Below, piece after piece: positions 53,641-62,853 of a stretch of 64,000 bases of DNA. The number at the start of each line of letters is the position of its first letter. Within the stretch, counting starts at the first letter, position 1. The translations under genes were made by a program, and so were the position numbers. Source of the DNA: a virus. Lineage: Duplodnaviria; Caudoviricetes. The notes below the pieces were generated by a model. That model ran no database searches. It was not told the origin of the DNA and worked only from the letters and a program-made list of their open reading frames with translations. The stretch spans positions 1 to 64,000 of IMG/VR virus record IMGVR_UViG_3300033120_000337, one strand, 5' to 3'.

Positions 53641-54864
53641 ATGCCCTTCAAGGTTCACGTACAAAACTTCCAGTCGATCGGGGATGTCATTGTTGAGGTT
53701 TCGGGTCTCACTGTCATTACAGGACCCAACAACTCAGGCAAGACAGCCCTGATCAGATCTATTCACGGTGCGTTTACGAACGCTCGTGGAACCTCATTTG
53801 TTCGTCAAGGTGAGAGTAGTGCACAAGTGGAGGTTTTGTTCTCGGACGGCAGGAGTCTTGTTTGGGAGAAGGGTCCGAAGGTAAACCGATACGAGATTGA
53901 TGGGGCCCCCTTGAACAGAGTAGGGGCGGGGGTTCCATCTGAGGTTGGTACGCTAGGTGTCACTTCCATTGAGGCTGCTGGAAGGGAACTGTGGCCTCAG
54001 TTTGCTCAACAGTTTGTTGGACAGATCTTCCTTCTCAATGAGCCAGGTTCTGTTTTGGCTGAAGCCATTGCGAACGTGGATAAAGTAGGGGTGTTGAACG
54101 AGGCTCTTCGTTTCTCTCAAACAGATCGTAGGTCCGCTCAGGCGGAATTGAAATTGCGTCAAGAGGATGTCTCTACCCAGGAGGCAAATCTTGCTTTTTT
54201 CAACGGCTTGGATGACATCGTCTCAAAAATAGAAATGTTGAAGACCATGGAGGCTGAGAACTCTAAGGCCAAGGCCCATCTTGAGGTTCTTTCGAATCTT
54301 GCTCTCAAGTGGCGTCAGGTATCGGGTGAGGTATCCCATCTAGCTCTCGTGAGAGAGACCTTCAAAGTAGAAACCCACTTTGAAACCACTCTGCGAGACT
54401 ACCAAGCCTCGTTGAGTTCCCTAGTCAAACTGAAAGCACAACTTGCTTCAGGTGAGGCTGCTGTTTCTTCTTTGTCTTCTGTTCGGTCTCTACCTGTACT
54501 GGATAGTTCTCTCCACACTCGTGTGGAGAGAACTAATGCTGCTTTGGTGTGGGCGAGAGACCTTGAACAGAGGTTGGTCAAGGCTAGACATGAGAGAGAT
54601 CAGGCTTCTAAGGCCTTAGATGTGGCTCAAAAATCCAACCTTCCAGAGCTTACCAACATCCAGTCTTCATACAGACAACTTCAGGAGTTGTCTGCCTTAT
54701 CCAAGAAGTGGAGAGATGCTGTCAAGTCTGTGGAAGACCTCAAGGTCAGCAATGCAGAGTCACTTCGAGATTACTTGAAGTCAGAAGCTGAACTGAAGTC
54801 TTTGTTCCAAGAGTCTGGTCAATGTCCCTTTTGCGGAGTTCCCCATGAAAATCATTCTTGCTAG
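53641..54864 (+). CDS. Rad50/SbcC-like ATPase, N-terminal half (Walker A, coiled coil, zinc hook)
   Basis: VQNFQSI, ITGPNNSGKTALI, Q-loop; ends CPFCG. Confidence 0.85.
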   Translation: MPFKVHVQNFQSIGDVIVEVSGLTVITGPNNSGKTALIRSIHGAFTNARGTSFVRQGESSAQVEVLFSDGRSLVWEKGPKVNRYEIDGAPLNRVGAGVPSEVGTLGVTSIEAAGRELWPQFAQQFVGQIFLLNEPGSVLAEAIANVDKVGVLNEALRFSQTDRRSAQAELKLRQEDVSTQEANLAFFNGLDDIVSKIEMLKTMEAENSKAKAHLEVLSNLALKWRQVSGEVSHLALVRETFKVETHFETTLRDYQASLSSLVKLKAQLASGEAAVSSLSSVRSLPVLDSSLHTRVERTNAALVWARDLEQRLVKARHERDQASKALDVAQKSNLPELTNIQSSYRQLQELSALSKKWRDAVKSVEDLKVSNAESLRDYLKSEAELKSLFQESGQCPFCGVPHENHSC

Positions 54865-55084
54865 TCTGGTAGCTTTCCTAGTTGGCTGCCCCTCACTTCC
54901 AGCACCAAGTGGGTGTGCTCCTCGCACCTCAATGTGTCAGGACAACAGACCCTTTGTGTGCTCGGGGACTCAACGATGGACTCAGGTGGGGGATGCTCCA
55001 TGTGATGAAGTGGGTGGAGTCTGTTGCATGACCTCTGAAGGGGTACATGCATGCGTTCAACCGTCATCCTGTACCGGAGAGTGA
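54845..55084 (+). CDS. small Cys-rich putative lipoprotein
   Basis: MKIILASLVAFLVGC lipobox-like signal; further Cys residues downstream. Confidence 0.65.
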   Translation: MKIILASLVAFLVGCPSLPAPSGCAPRTSMCQDNRPFVCSGTQRWTQVGDAPCDEVGGVCCMTSEGVHACVQPSSCTGE

Positions 55085-55085
55085 C

Positions 55086-55688
55086 ATGGTCCTTCATGAA
55101 ATGGTCAAAGGGTTTTCGAACCATATGCTCTCTAAGTTTGGGGCTACTCTTGTCCCAAAAGAGGACTCTCTTGAGATGAAGGCAATTGCCATAGGCATGG
55201 ACCTGGGCAACTTCATCGGAATGGGCGGTCTCGCATCTAGTGAGTCCTTCATGACTCGATACACGACAACTCTGGGCACCAACATCTACATGCCCAAGGC
55301 TCATCGAGAGGATCTACTCTTGTTCCTTGAAATTCTGACTCATGAGTGTCAGCACGTGATTCAGTTCAAGGAGTCAGGAGTAGAGTTTGCGTGGCTCTAT
55401 CTCTCTGAGCCTGAAGCCCGCGTGAAGTATGAGGCTGACGCTTATGCTGCTGGGATTGCAGTCACTCAGTGGTTGACTGGGAGCGTGCCCCTAGAGATGG
55501 CTGAGTGGGTTGTGAAGTCTCTTGTGGAGGGGTACCACCTTCGGCGCGAGGATGCTGAATTGGCTGCGGATTTGATCAAATCTCACATGGTTTCATTGAC
55601 CAATGGGATGGTGATGTCTCGATCCGCACGCGAGGCCATCGCCTATTTGGAATCCAACTACGGTGATCTAAAGGGCGCCTTCCGATGA
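55086..55688 (+). CDS. HExxH zincin-like protein
   Basis: ILTHECQHV...YEADA. Confidence 0.6.
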   Translation: MVLHEMVKGFSNHMLSKFGATLVPKEDSLEMKAIAIGMDLGNFIGMGGLASSESFMTRYTTTLGTNIYMPKAHREDLLLFLEILTHECQHVIQFKESGVEFAWLYLSEPEARVKYEADAYAAGIAVTQWLTGSVPLEMAEWVVKSLVEGYHLRREDAELAADLIKSHMVSLTNGMVMSRSAREAIAYLESNYGDLKGAFR

Positions 55689-56251
55689 ATGAAATCTACG
55701 TAAGCGTGGACATCGAGTGTGATGGTCCTTGCCCAGGGCTGAACTCGATGCTTTCAATTGGGGCCGTGGCTTTTGACCCAAAGAGAGGTGAGGGGCTGGA
55801 AGCCATTGTAGGCCAGTTCACCGTGAACTTGGAGACTCTCACAGGGGCTTCCCCAGACCAAGACACATCCAACTGGTGGGCTCAGAATCCAGAAGCCTTT
55901 TCTCGCTGTCGAGAGGATCTTGAGAGTGTTTGGGTAGCACTCCCAAGATTTGCAGATTGGTTGGAAAGCCTGCCTGGAAAACCAATCTTTGTTGGATACC
56001 CAGCAGGATTCGACTTCACTTTCATTTACTGGTACTTGCACAACTTCGCTGGACGTAATCCATTCGTCCGCAATGCGATTGATCTGGAGACCTATGTGAT
56101 GGCTCTCCAGAACTGCGGGTACTTGGAATCGGGTCCAGAAAACTGGCCTAGTCATTGGGCGGATACCTCTGCAAAGACCTCACACGTAGCTCTTGAGGAT
56201 GCTTTGCAGAATGGTCTTTTGTTCCTCCGTATCCTTTCCCATTCAAGGTGA
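55685..56251 (+). CDS. DEDD 3'-5' exoribonuclease (Rv2179c-like)
   Basis: SVDIECDGP.PG..SMLSIGAV, GYPAGFDF, SHVALEDA. Confidence 0.8.
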   Translation: MNEIYVSVDIECDGPCPGLNSMLSIGAVAFDPKRGEGLEAIVGQFTVNLETLTGASPDQDTSNWWAQNPEAFSRCREDLESVWVALPRFADWLESLPGKPIFVGYPAGFDFTFIYWYLHNFAGRNPFVRNAIDLETYVMALQNCGYLESGPENWPSHWADTSAKTSHVALEDALQNGLLFLRILSHSR

Positions 56252-56257
56252 TGTTCC

Positions 56258-57238
56258 ATGACAGTCACTCTGATTTGGCGCACAGACGTGCACCTATCTG
56301 ATCACACACCTAGGTCCAGAAAGGATGTTTGGACTGACACAGTCCTATCCAAGCTGGAGCAGGTAGGCGAGATTGCAAAAGAGAAGGGCGCGTTGGCTGT
56401 CATTGATGGCGGAGACTTCTTCGATATCAAGTCACCCACTCGAAACTCTCACTCTCTTGTTCGCCGTGTGATGGAGCTTCATCGAAGCTACCCTTGTCCC
56501 ATCTATGCCAACGTGGGCAACCATGATTGCGTCTATGGCGACTACTCTTACTTGCCGCAACAGCCTCTCGGGGTGTTGTTCGGTTCAGGTGTGTTCCAAC
56601 GTTGCTATGACGAACATGAGGTGGTTTTCACAGACCCTCAGTCACCGATGACAGTTCGAGTGGTTGGTGTCCCATACCATGGGACCACCTACGACATGTC
56701 CAGGTTCGCACGCATTCGTAAGGGCTCTGAAGACTACCTCGTTGTCATTGCTCACGTCCTGGCTTCTCCTTCAGGAGGTGCTCTGTTCGATTCCGAGGAT
56801 GTGATCAAGTACAACGACTTGGACCAATTCGAGGGGGATGTCTTCTGCTTTGGGCATTGGCACAAAGATCAGGGGATCACACGGACTCCAAAAGGTAAGA
56901 CTGTGATCAACACAGGCTCCATGACACGTGGAAGCCTGGCTCAAGATGACTTGAGTCGGGTGCCCGCAGTGGTGAGTTTGCAGTTTGACTTGGTCTCTGG
57001 CTTCTCTTGTCAGAAGGTACCTCTTCGGCATGCTCCCTCAAGCGAGGTGTTCGATCTTGAAGCTCGGGATCTGAAGGATCTCAGAGAAGGCATGATTGAG
57101 GAGTTCGTGGACAACCTCAAAACTATCCTGTCGAAGGGCTCCGAGCGTTCTGTGCGTGATGCTATTCGAGACCTTCCGGGAGTCCCTGTCCAGGTCCGAG
57201 AGCAAGCTCTTTTGTACGTAGAGAAAGCTGGTGGGTAG
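56258..57238 (+). CDS. Mre11/SbcD metallophosphoesterase nuclease
   Basis: TDVHL, DGGDFFD, VGNHD, AH, FGHWH, NTGS. Confidence 0.88.
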   Translation: MTVTLIWRTDVHLSDHTPRSRKDVWTDTVLSKLEQVGEIAKEKGALAVIDGGDFFDIKSPTRNSHSLVRRVMELHRSYPCPIYANVGNHDCVYGDYSYLPQQPLGVLFGSGVFQRCYDEHEVVFTDPQSPMTVRVVGVPYHGTTYDMSRFARIRKGSEDYLVVIAHVLASPSGGALFDSEDVIKYNDLDQFEGDVFCFGHWHKDQGITRTPKGKTVINTGSMTRGSLAQDDLSRVPAVVSLQFDLVSGFSCQKVPLRHAPSSEVFDLEARDLKDLREGMIEEFVDNLKTILSKGSERSVRDAIRDLPGVPVQVREQALLYVEKAGG

Positions 57239-57240
57239 TC

Positions 57241-58224
57241 ATGGCCATGGATCCATTGTGGTGGAGCAACTTGGAGGCCTACGAGGAGTGTCCTCAGAAA
57301 TTTCTCTGGAAGAGAGGCTGGGGGGTTATCGACTTGGGGCGGGGTCCAGGAAGAGGCAAGCCACTGCCTGATGAAAAGACCTCCCAACACAACTCCTTGA
57401 TGGGCCATGTCTTGTCTGAGGCAATTGAACGTCTCTACAATGACGAGCTGTGGAGGGACCCTTCAACTCTTGTAGCAAAGCTCTCAGAGATTGTCGCAAA
57501 GGACTTCGCTATTCGGATCGCGAAGGGTGCGTACATCAAGTACGATGAGAACTGGATTGAGGGTGGGAAGGAGAGGTGGGATTTAGCCCCACCAAAACAC
57601 ATTCTCCTGAAGACATGTACAGACGGGATTCTGAACTACCTGAAGACGATGAAACGTAACCGTCTTCTTGGTCCATACGCAAAATCCGAGGTGGATATCA
57701 AAGCCTCCATTGACAAGGACAATCCTATAGCAGGACGTCCTGACATCTTGATCACTCGGGATGACACTGGGACATCCATCCTTGATGGAAAGAACTCAAG
57801 GAACCCTGGTCGACACACCAACCCAGATCAGCTCAGGTGGTACGCACTGTGTTACTACCTTGCTTTCCACAAGCTTCCAGACCGTCTGGCTTTTGTCTAC
57901 TTTCGGTACCCTGAAGGAAACCCACCTCCAGAAGGTCATGAAGGCTCAAAAGAGTCTTGGACTGGACTAGTTGATGTCCCAGTTGTGAAAGAGGATCTCA
58001 AGGTCCTTGCTCAACGAGCTGTCAACACACGCAGGATGATGTTGAAGGAGTATTTCGAAGCTACTCCGTCGACGAAAGCTTGTGGATTCTGTGATTTCAA
58101 GCCTGTTTGTACCGAACACGCAGCTTGGAAGCAAGCAAATGCCCGCAAGCCAAAAGAGCCTGTGGGTGAAGTCGAGAAGAAAATAGCCAACTCCGTTGGT
58201 TTTGTGTTCTTTGGTGGCGACTAA
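57241..58224 (+). CDS. PD-(D/E)XK RecB/Cas4-like nuclease
   Basis: YEECPQKF, GHVL, AGRPDIL, ILDGKNS, QLRWYAL, CGFCDFKPVC. Confidence 0.8.
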   Translation: MAMDPLWWSNLEAYEECPQKFLWKRGWGVIDLGRGPGRGKPLPDEKTSQHNSLMGHVLSEAIERLYNDELWRDPSTLVAKLSEIVAKDFAIRIAKGAYIKYDENWIEGGKERWDLAPPKHILLKTCTDGILNYLKTMKRNRLLGPYAKSEVDIKASIDKDNPIAGRPDILITRDDTGTSILDGKNSRNPGRHTNPDQLRWYALCYYLAFHKLPDRLAFVYFRYPEGNPPPEGHEGSKESWTGLVDVPVVKEDLKVLAQRAVNTRRMMLKEYFEATPSTKACGFCDFKPVCTEHAAWKQANARKPKEPVGEVEKKIANSVGFVFFGGD

Positions 58225-58256
58225 TTCCACTCCAGACAGTAAGAAGAAGAGGTAGT

Positions 58257-58520
58257 GTGACAGACCTGAAAGTAAGAATCGAGTCCTGCATCAAGCGTAG
58301 AGATGCTTCCCAATCGCAGAAGGAAAGAGCCCTTGGACGCTTAGAGGAGGCAGAGAAAAACCTTGAGAGCATCCGTAAGGAGCTTCTTGAGAAGAAGATC
58401 GAGCCTGAGCGGTTAGACGAGACAATCCAAAAGCTAGAGGCTTCCTTGCAAGCTTCAGTTACAGATTTTGAAACTCAGGTTACTGAGTTAGAGAGATCAA
58501 TCAAACCCTTCGTTCAGTAA
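58257..58520 (+). CDS. small coiled-coil protein
   Basis: Heptad pattern throughout. Confidence 0.6.
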   Translation: MTDLKVRIESCIKRRDASQSQKERALGRLEEAEKNLESIRKELLEKKIEPERLDETIQKLEASLQASVTDFETQVTELERSIKPFVQ

Positions 58521-58556
58521 TGATCCCCGCAGCACTCAGCAACAGTAGGAGTTTCT

Positions 58557-59723
58557 ATGAAGTTTGACGTAGCCAAACGTGACCTTGAGTCGGCTCTCCG
58601 AGTCGTTTCCCACACTGTCTCTATGGGTGGATCTGACATTTCCTCCCACTACCTATTTCGTCGATCAGGTGAGAAGTTGGAGGTTCTCTCCTACAACGGA
58701 CGTGTCTTCTCCTCCTGTCCTGTCGTTGCGACATTCGAAGGTGATGACACCTCTTTCACGATTGAGGCAAAGAGAGTTCATCTCCTATTGGATGCTGTGT
58801 CAGATGACTCAGTCTTGACCGTGGACGGAACTGGCGAGGTCTCTGCCAACACCCGAAAGGGGAAAAACGTTTTCTCCAGCCTGGACCCAGAACTTTTCCC
58901 TTACTGGGATCAGTTGTTGGAGGGCGCCACCAACTCAGCAACAGTCCCCGCAGAGCGAATTTCCGCTGCACTATCTCATGCGAAGTCTTTCGTCTACTCG
59001 GATGAGGCCAAAAGCCCGCATTTGTGTGTGGCAGAATTCCGAAAGGGTTGTGTGTTCAGCACAGATCAGATGGGTGCCAGCGTCGTGAAGGTTGCTGGTA
59101 TGGAGTCATCTGAGGCTCGAATTTTTGGAAAGGACATTGGTGCCATCCTGTCTTTCCTTTCTACATTCAAAACGAAACCTGTGAAGTCTGCTGATGGTGC
59201 TGCGAAGGCAGACCCTGTTGAGGTTCAGATTTTTGAGTGCGAGAAGGCTCTGTTCTTCCGTAGAGGTGATGGGGCTATCTTTGGTGAATCCAAGTTCTCA
59301 CACCGTTTTCCGGAAGTCACTGTGGATTGGGATGACCTCTCAGACGAACATTGGTTTGAACTCAACAAAGTAGAGGTTGCGGACACAATCAAGTTCCTTG
59401 CTGCTGGAGCCAAATGGGATGACATCAAGGTCTTTATTGATCTGAGGCCAGGTTCTGTAGTCTTCTCAATGAAAGCCGCAAATGGGAAGGCAATCTCTTC
59501 GGAGGTCTCAACAAAGGCTCAAGGGTCTTCCTCCACAGAAACGTTGCCTGAGAATGGGTTCCCAGTAGCCAACACCTACATCATGCACCTTTTGTCAAGT
59601 GTGAGCGGAGACACTGTTAGGTTTGGTGTCACGAAGAAGGGCAAGGGTGGGTGGATTCGGGTACTGGATATTCGTGGTGAAGACTCATACCTGACGACTG
59701 TGGCATGGCTCAAAGTCGCTTGA
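58557..59723 (+). CDS. dnaN: DNA polymerase III beta sliding clamp
   Basis: MKFDVAKRDLESALRVV, FPYWDQL, RFPEV; 388 aa three-domain size. Confidence 0.75.
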   Translation: MKFDVAKRDLESALRVVSHTVSMGGSDISSHYLFRRSGEKLEVLSYNGRVFSSCPVVATFEGDDTSFTIEAKRVHLLLDAVSDDSVLTVDGTGEVSANTRKGKNVFSSLDPELFPYWDQLLEGATNSATVPAERISAALSHAKSFVYSDEAKSPHLCVAEFRKGCVFSTDQMGASVVKVAGMESSEARIFGKDIGAILSFLSTFKTKPVKSADGAAKADPVEVQIFECEKALFFRRGDGAIFGESKFSHRFPEVTVDWDDLSDEHWFELNKVEVADTIKFLAAGAKWDDIKVFIDLRPGSVVFSMKAANGKAISSEVSTKAQGSSSTETLPENGFPVANTYIMHLLSSVSGDTVRFGVTKKGKGGWIRVLDIRGEDSYLTTVAWLKVA

Positions 59724-60334
59724 CATCTTTGTCTGAGGATCTCTCGAAGATCCTTGGGCGTCGTGACGCGGTTCGGGAATCTCTTCAGGCTTCCCGAGCT
59801 TCGGTTCGAGTTCTAGCGGAAAAAGTGGATCTTCTGGATCTAGTCTCGGCTCTCCTGCGTTCTCTGATCGACGCCGAGATCACTGAGGGTGTAAAGGCAA
59901 TCGAAACCCTACAGACTGAGGGTGTTCGAGCTGTCTTTGATGACCAGGACCTCTCCGTACGTGCTGATGTTGAGGTTCTCCGAGGCAAGGTGAACGTTTC
60001 TCTTCTCACTTCTCAAAAGAAGGGTGGGGAGACCATCGAGAGCGCGAGCTTGGATGGTTTTGGCGGAGCCGTTTCGACAGTACAGTCTGTGCTTCTTCGG
60101 CTGGCTCTGATCTTTCGTAGAGGTCTACGTCCCGTCTTGTTCTTGGATGAGAGTCTCCCTGCGTTTGATGAGAAGTATGTCTTGAACATGGCTTCATTCC
60201 TGAAAACTCTGTGCGCTCGGACTGGTGTAGACATCCTACTTGTCACACACAACCCTCTCTTGGTGGAGGCTGCTGACCGTGCGTATCGAATTCGTAGGGA
60301 TAAGGACCAAGCTTCTTTCCATAGGATTCGATAG
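59705..60334 (+). CDS. Rad50/SbcC-like ATPase, C-terminal half
   Basis: Signature FGGA, Walker B VLFLDE, H-loop LVTHN, ADRAY. Confidence 0.85.
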   Translation: MAQSRLTSLSEDLSKILGRRDAVRESLQASRASVRVLAEKVDLLDLVSALLRSLIDAEITEGVKAIETLQTEGVRAVFDDQDLSVRADVEVLRGKVNVSLLTSQKKGGETIESASLDGFGGAVSTVQSVLLRLALIFRRGLRPVLFLDESLPAFDEKYVLNMASFLKTLCARTGVDILLVTHNPLLVEAADRAYRIRRDKDQASFHRIR

Positions 60335-60410
60335 GGGAGATTTATGACTGAATTCGTTCTAGGAAATGGATGTGCTGATCCAACCACTCAGCAACCGAAA
60401 GAGTAACCAG

Positions 60411-61067
60411 ATGCAAAATGACCCCAACAATCCGTTGAGTCTTATCTCCTCGGAGGCGGAGTCTCCCAAAGAAGTCTTGGATGCATCTCCCAAAGAAGTC
60501 CTCTTGGATGCATCTTCGCTACTGAAGACTCGGATGAAGTCTGAGGCTCAGATCAAACACAAACTCTCTCAGGTTCGGTTCAGACATCTGAAGAGGGAGG
60601 TGCGAAATGGTCTCTCTCGAAAGAGTTCAAACTGCATCCACAATGGAGTTCTGGAAGGTCCTGGTCGTCCCGTTGGTGTCTGTCTCCTTGGTTCAGAGGA
60701 TCCAAAGTCCTGGGATGGAGGAGTATGCGATGATTCTGGAGACCGGGCAGGGTCTTGTCCCAGCTTTTCTTGTCGCAACTCAAAAGAGAAATTGAAGCAG
60801 GACTTCAATGATTTTCTGAGGGATTCAGACATAGCTCATGTGGCTGCGGAGTACCCAGATATCGCAGCCCTCCTTTGGGTTCTGGCTCCTGAGTCTGTTT
60901 CGGAACTGGAATCCGAGATGGATCTGGAGTCAGATTTTGAATCTGAGTCTAGTCCAGAGCCCAAGCCTGACCCAGAGCCTAAGCCTGAAATGGGTCTAGC
61001 TTTGGTGTCCAAAAAACCCCCACCATCTGATTTTTGGTCTTGGTTGACCTACTGGTTTGGTATTTGA
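60411..61067 (+). CDS. hypothetical protein (Cys motifs, acidic/Pro linker, aromatic C-terminus)
   Basis: NCIHNG...C....C..CPSFSC; SPKEV(L)LDA duplicated in frame. Confidence 0.6.
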   Translation: MQNDPNNPLSLISSEAESPKEVLDASPKEVLLDASSLLKTRMKSEAQIKHKLSQVRFRHLKREVRNGLSRKSSNCIHNGVLEGPGRPVGVCLLGSEDPKSWDGGVCDDSGDRAGSCPSFSCRNSKEKLKQDFNDFLRDSDIAHVAAEYPDIAALLWVLAPESVSELESEMDLESDFESESSPEPKPDPEPKPEMGLALVSKKPPPSDFWSWLTYWFGI

Positions 61068-61070
61068 ATC

Positions 61071-61598
61071 ATGGTTGAGCTTCTCCCCAGAGTTCCTGTA
61101 GCCGAGATGCAGCCAAAGAAGATACCCTTTATGGTGGAGGTTGAAGTCCACCCAGAGGGTCAACCATTTTTGGTGAGTGGGACCAAAACTCTGCTGTGGG
61201 TTGGTAGCTCAAAGACAGGAGTTCTCAGGGCTGCTGTACGCTCCGACGAACAGCCAGATCCACTTACAATCATCAGTGAAGTGGCTCATAGGGGTGCTGA
61301 AGATCAGTGGGAGAACTCTTTCCCTTACACAGCTGTTGGTGTGGGCAAGGCCATTTCATACGTGCGTTCCTATGGTATCTCAGAGTTGGATTTGCTTGTC
61401 CCGAGTGACTACGCCTTTCCTCCCCCCAAAAAGAAGAGCGTGAATCTCGTACCAACTTCATGGATGCCATCAGGGCGAGTTGTCGTAGTCCCCTCAGATC
61501 GTTCCTACTTGGGGACAATCCGTACTCTTGGAGAGAAGCATTGGATTCTGCTAGTTCACAATCCCAGTCGGGGTATGGCGGTGTCGGGAAGCTGGTAA
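61071..61598 (+). CDS. hypothetical protein
   Basis: In-operon ORF. Confidence 0.6.
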   Translation: MVELLPRVPVAEMQPKKIPFMVEVEVHPEGQPFLVSGTKTLLWVGSSKTGVLRAAVRSDEQPDPLTIISEVAHRGAEDQWENSFPYTAVGVGKAISYVRSYGISELDLLVPSDYAFPPPKKKSVNLVPTSWMPSGRVVVVPSDRSYLGTIRTLGEKHWILLVHNPSRGMAVSGSW

Positions 61599-62323
61599 TC
61601 TCACCAGTCACGCACTGGCTCGCGGACCACTTACGTACCTGCTCTCTTTCTGAGGAAGCCGAGGGCTACTTGTTTGGGCGAGGTGCGACTCAAGAGGCGA
61701 TCGACAGATTGCAGTTTGTTGAGTGGGTTCCATCTCTCAATGAGTCTCCAAGTATTGCTTTCAGGTCCAGATATGGGCCCAGAGGCGAGAAGCTGACAGG
61801 GATGCTCACTTACCCTCTTAGATCTCCCTCTGGGGGTCTTTTAGGGATTGAGGCAAGGTCGATGCGTGAAAAGAAGATTTCTGAATTCCGTACGCCAGAG
61901 GCTGCTTGGAATCCAGTTCTTGTGAATGCGCCTCATGCAGCCCAACAGATGTGGAAGGGTGGTTCCGTGTGGGTTACCGAGGGTGTGTTTGATCTCCTTC
62001 CCTTGGAGATGGTCTGCCCTCCTGGTGATGTTGTTATCTCAACCCTTCGTGCTCGATTGTCCAAGACCCATGCAAACTTCCTCAGTAGGTTTTGCCAGAA
62101 CCGTGTCTACATGGTCTACGACAACGATGAGACCGGACGTAAGGCAACTCTTGGGTGGGTAGATGATACAGGAAAATTTCAGCCGGGTGCACTCGATTCT
62201 TTGCGCCGTTTGGGCGTAAGAGTTGTGGACTTCCGTTATCGCGGAAAAGATCCTGGAGAGGTTTGGTCCTCTGGTGGGATTCAAAATCTGAGACGTGTTT
62301 TTTTTGGAGGTTCCTATGAGTGA
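61460..62323 (+). CDS. DNA primase (TOPRIM domain; start uncertain)
   Basis: VWVTEGVFDLL, VYMVYDNDETGRKA, KDPGE. Confidence 0.8.
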   Translation: MDAIRASCRSPLRSFLLGDNPYSWREALDSASSQSQSGYGGVGKLVISPVTHWLADHLRTCSLSEEAEGYLFGRGATQEAIDRLQFVEWVPSLNESPSIAFRSRYGPRGEKLTGMLTYPLRSPSGGLLGIEARSMREKKISEFRTPEAAWNPVLVNAPHAAQQMWKGGSVWVTEGVFDLLPLEMVCPPGDVVISTLRARLSKTHANFLSRFCQNRVYMVYDNDETGRKATLGWVDDTGKFQPGALDSLRRLGVRVVDFRYRGKDPGEVWSSGGIQNLRRVFFGGSYE

Positions 62324-62852
62324 TTCCTGGGTTGCTGGTGAAGAAGTGTACAGCCTTATGCGTCATTTTGTTGCAAACTATCATCCGAACTTGGCTTCGG
62401 TTGACTCCGACATTGCAATCATCTTTCGTGGGAAGGCTGCAAAGAGAGGGGGTCAGGTAATTCTTGGCGTCTCCAGGAAGGCTCCAGCGATTCTGGACAT
62501 CTTGGGCAAGGAGACCTACAAGTTCATCTTGGAAATTGCAGCTGATGAGTGGAAGACGTTGTCGAACTCTCAGCAGGGCGCACTGATGGATCATCTCCTG
62601 TGTGCTTGTCGAGTTGAAGAGGACGAGGAGTCCGGTGAGCTGAAGTGCAGCATTGCTTCCCCAGATGTTCAGTTCTTCTGGGACGAATTGAATCGTCAGG
62701 GAGACTGGCGCCCACGCCCCCAGCAAGAGTCTGGGGCGAGTATGGATGTGGAGGAAGTGATTGGGGGGAAGTCCGCAGCCAAGAGGAGGGCTCCTGATTC
62801 TGATCCAGATTCAGATTCAGATTCAGATTCAGAGAACCTAGACGAGGCCTGA
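62316..62852 (+). CDS. phage metallopeptidase-like fold protein
   Basis: IAIIFR...ILG...FILEIAADEW..LS..QQ.ALMDHLLCAC; canonical HExxH is altered. Confidence 0.55.
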   Translation: MSDSWVAGEEVYSLMRHFVANYHPNLASVDSDIAIIFRGKAAKRGGQVILGVSRKAPAILDILGKETYKFILEIAADEWKTLSNSQQGALMDHLLCACRVEEDEESGELKCSIASPDVQFFWDELNRQGDWRPRPQQESGASMDVEEVIGGKSAAKRRAPDSDPDSDSDSDSENLDEA

Positions 62853-62853
62853 T

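Noticed and set aside
62795-62832. GATTCA hexamer repeat
   Set aside because: Encodes an acidic DSDSDS tail; ordinary low complexity
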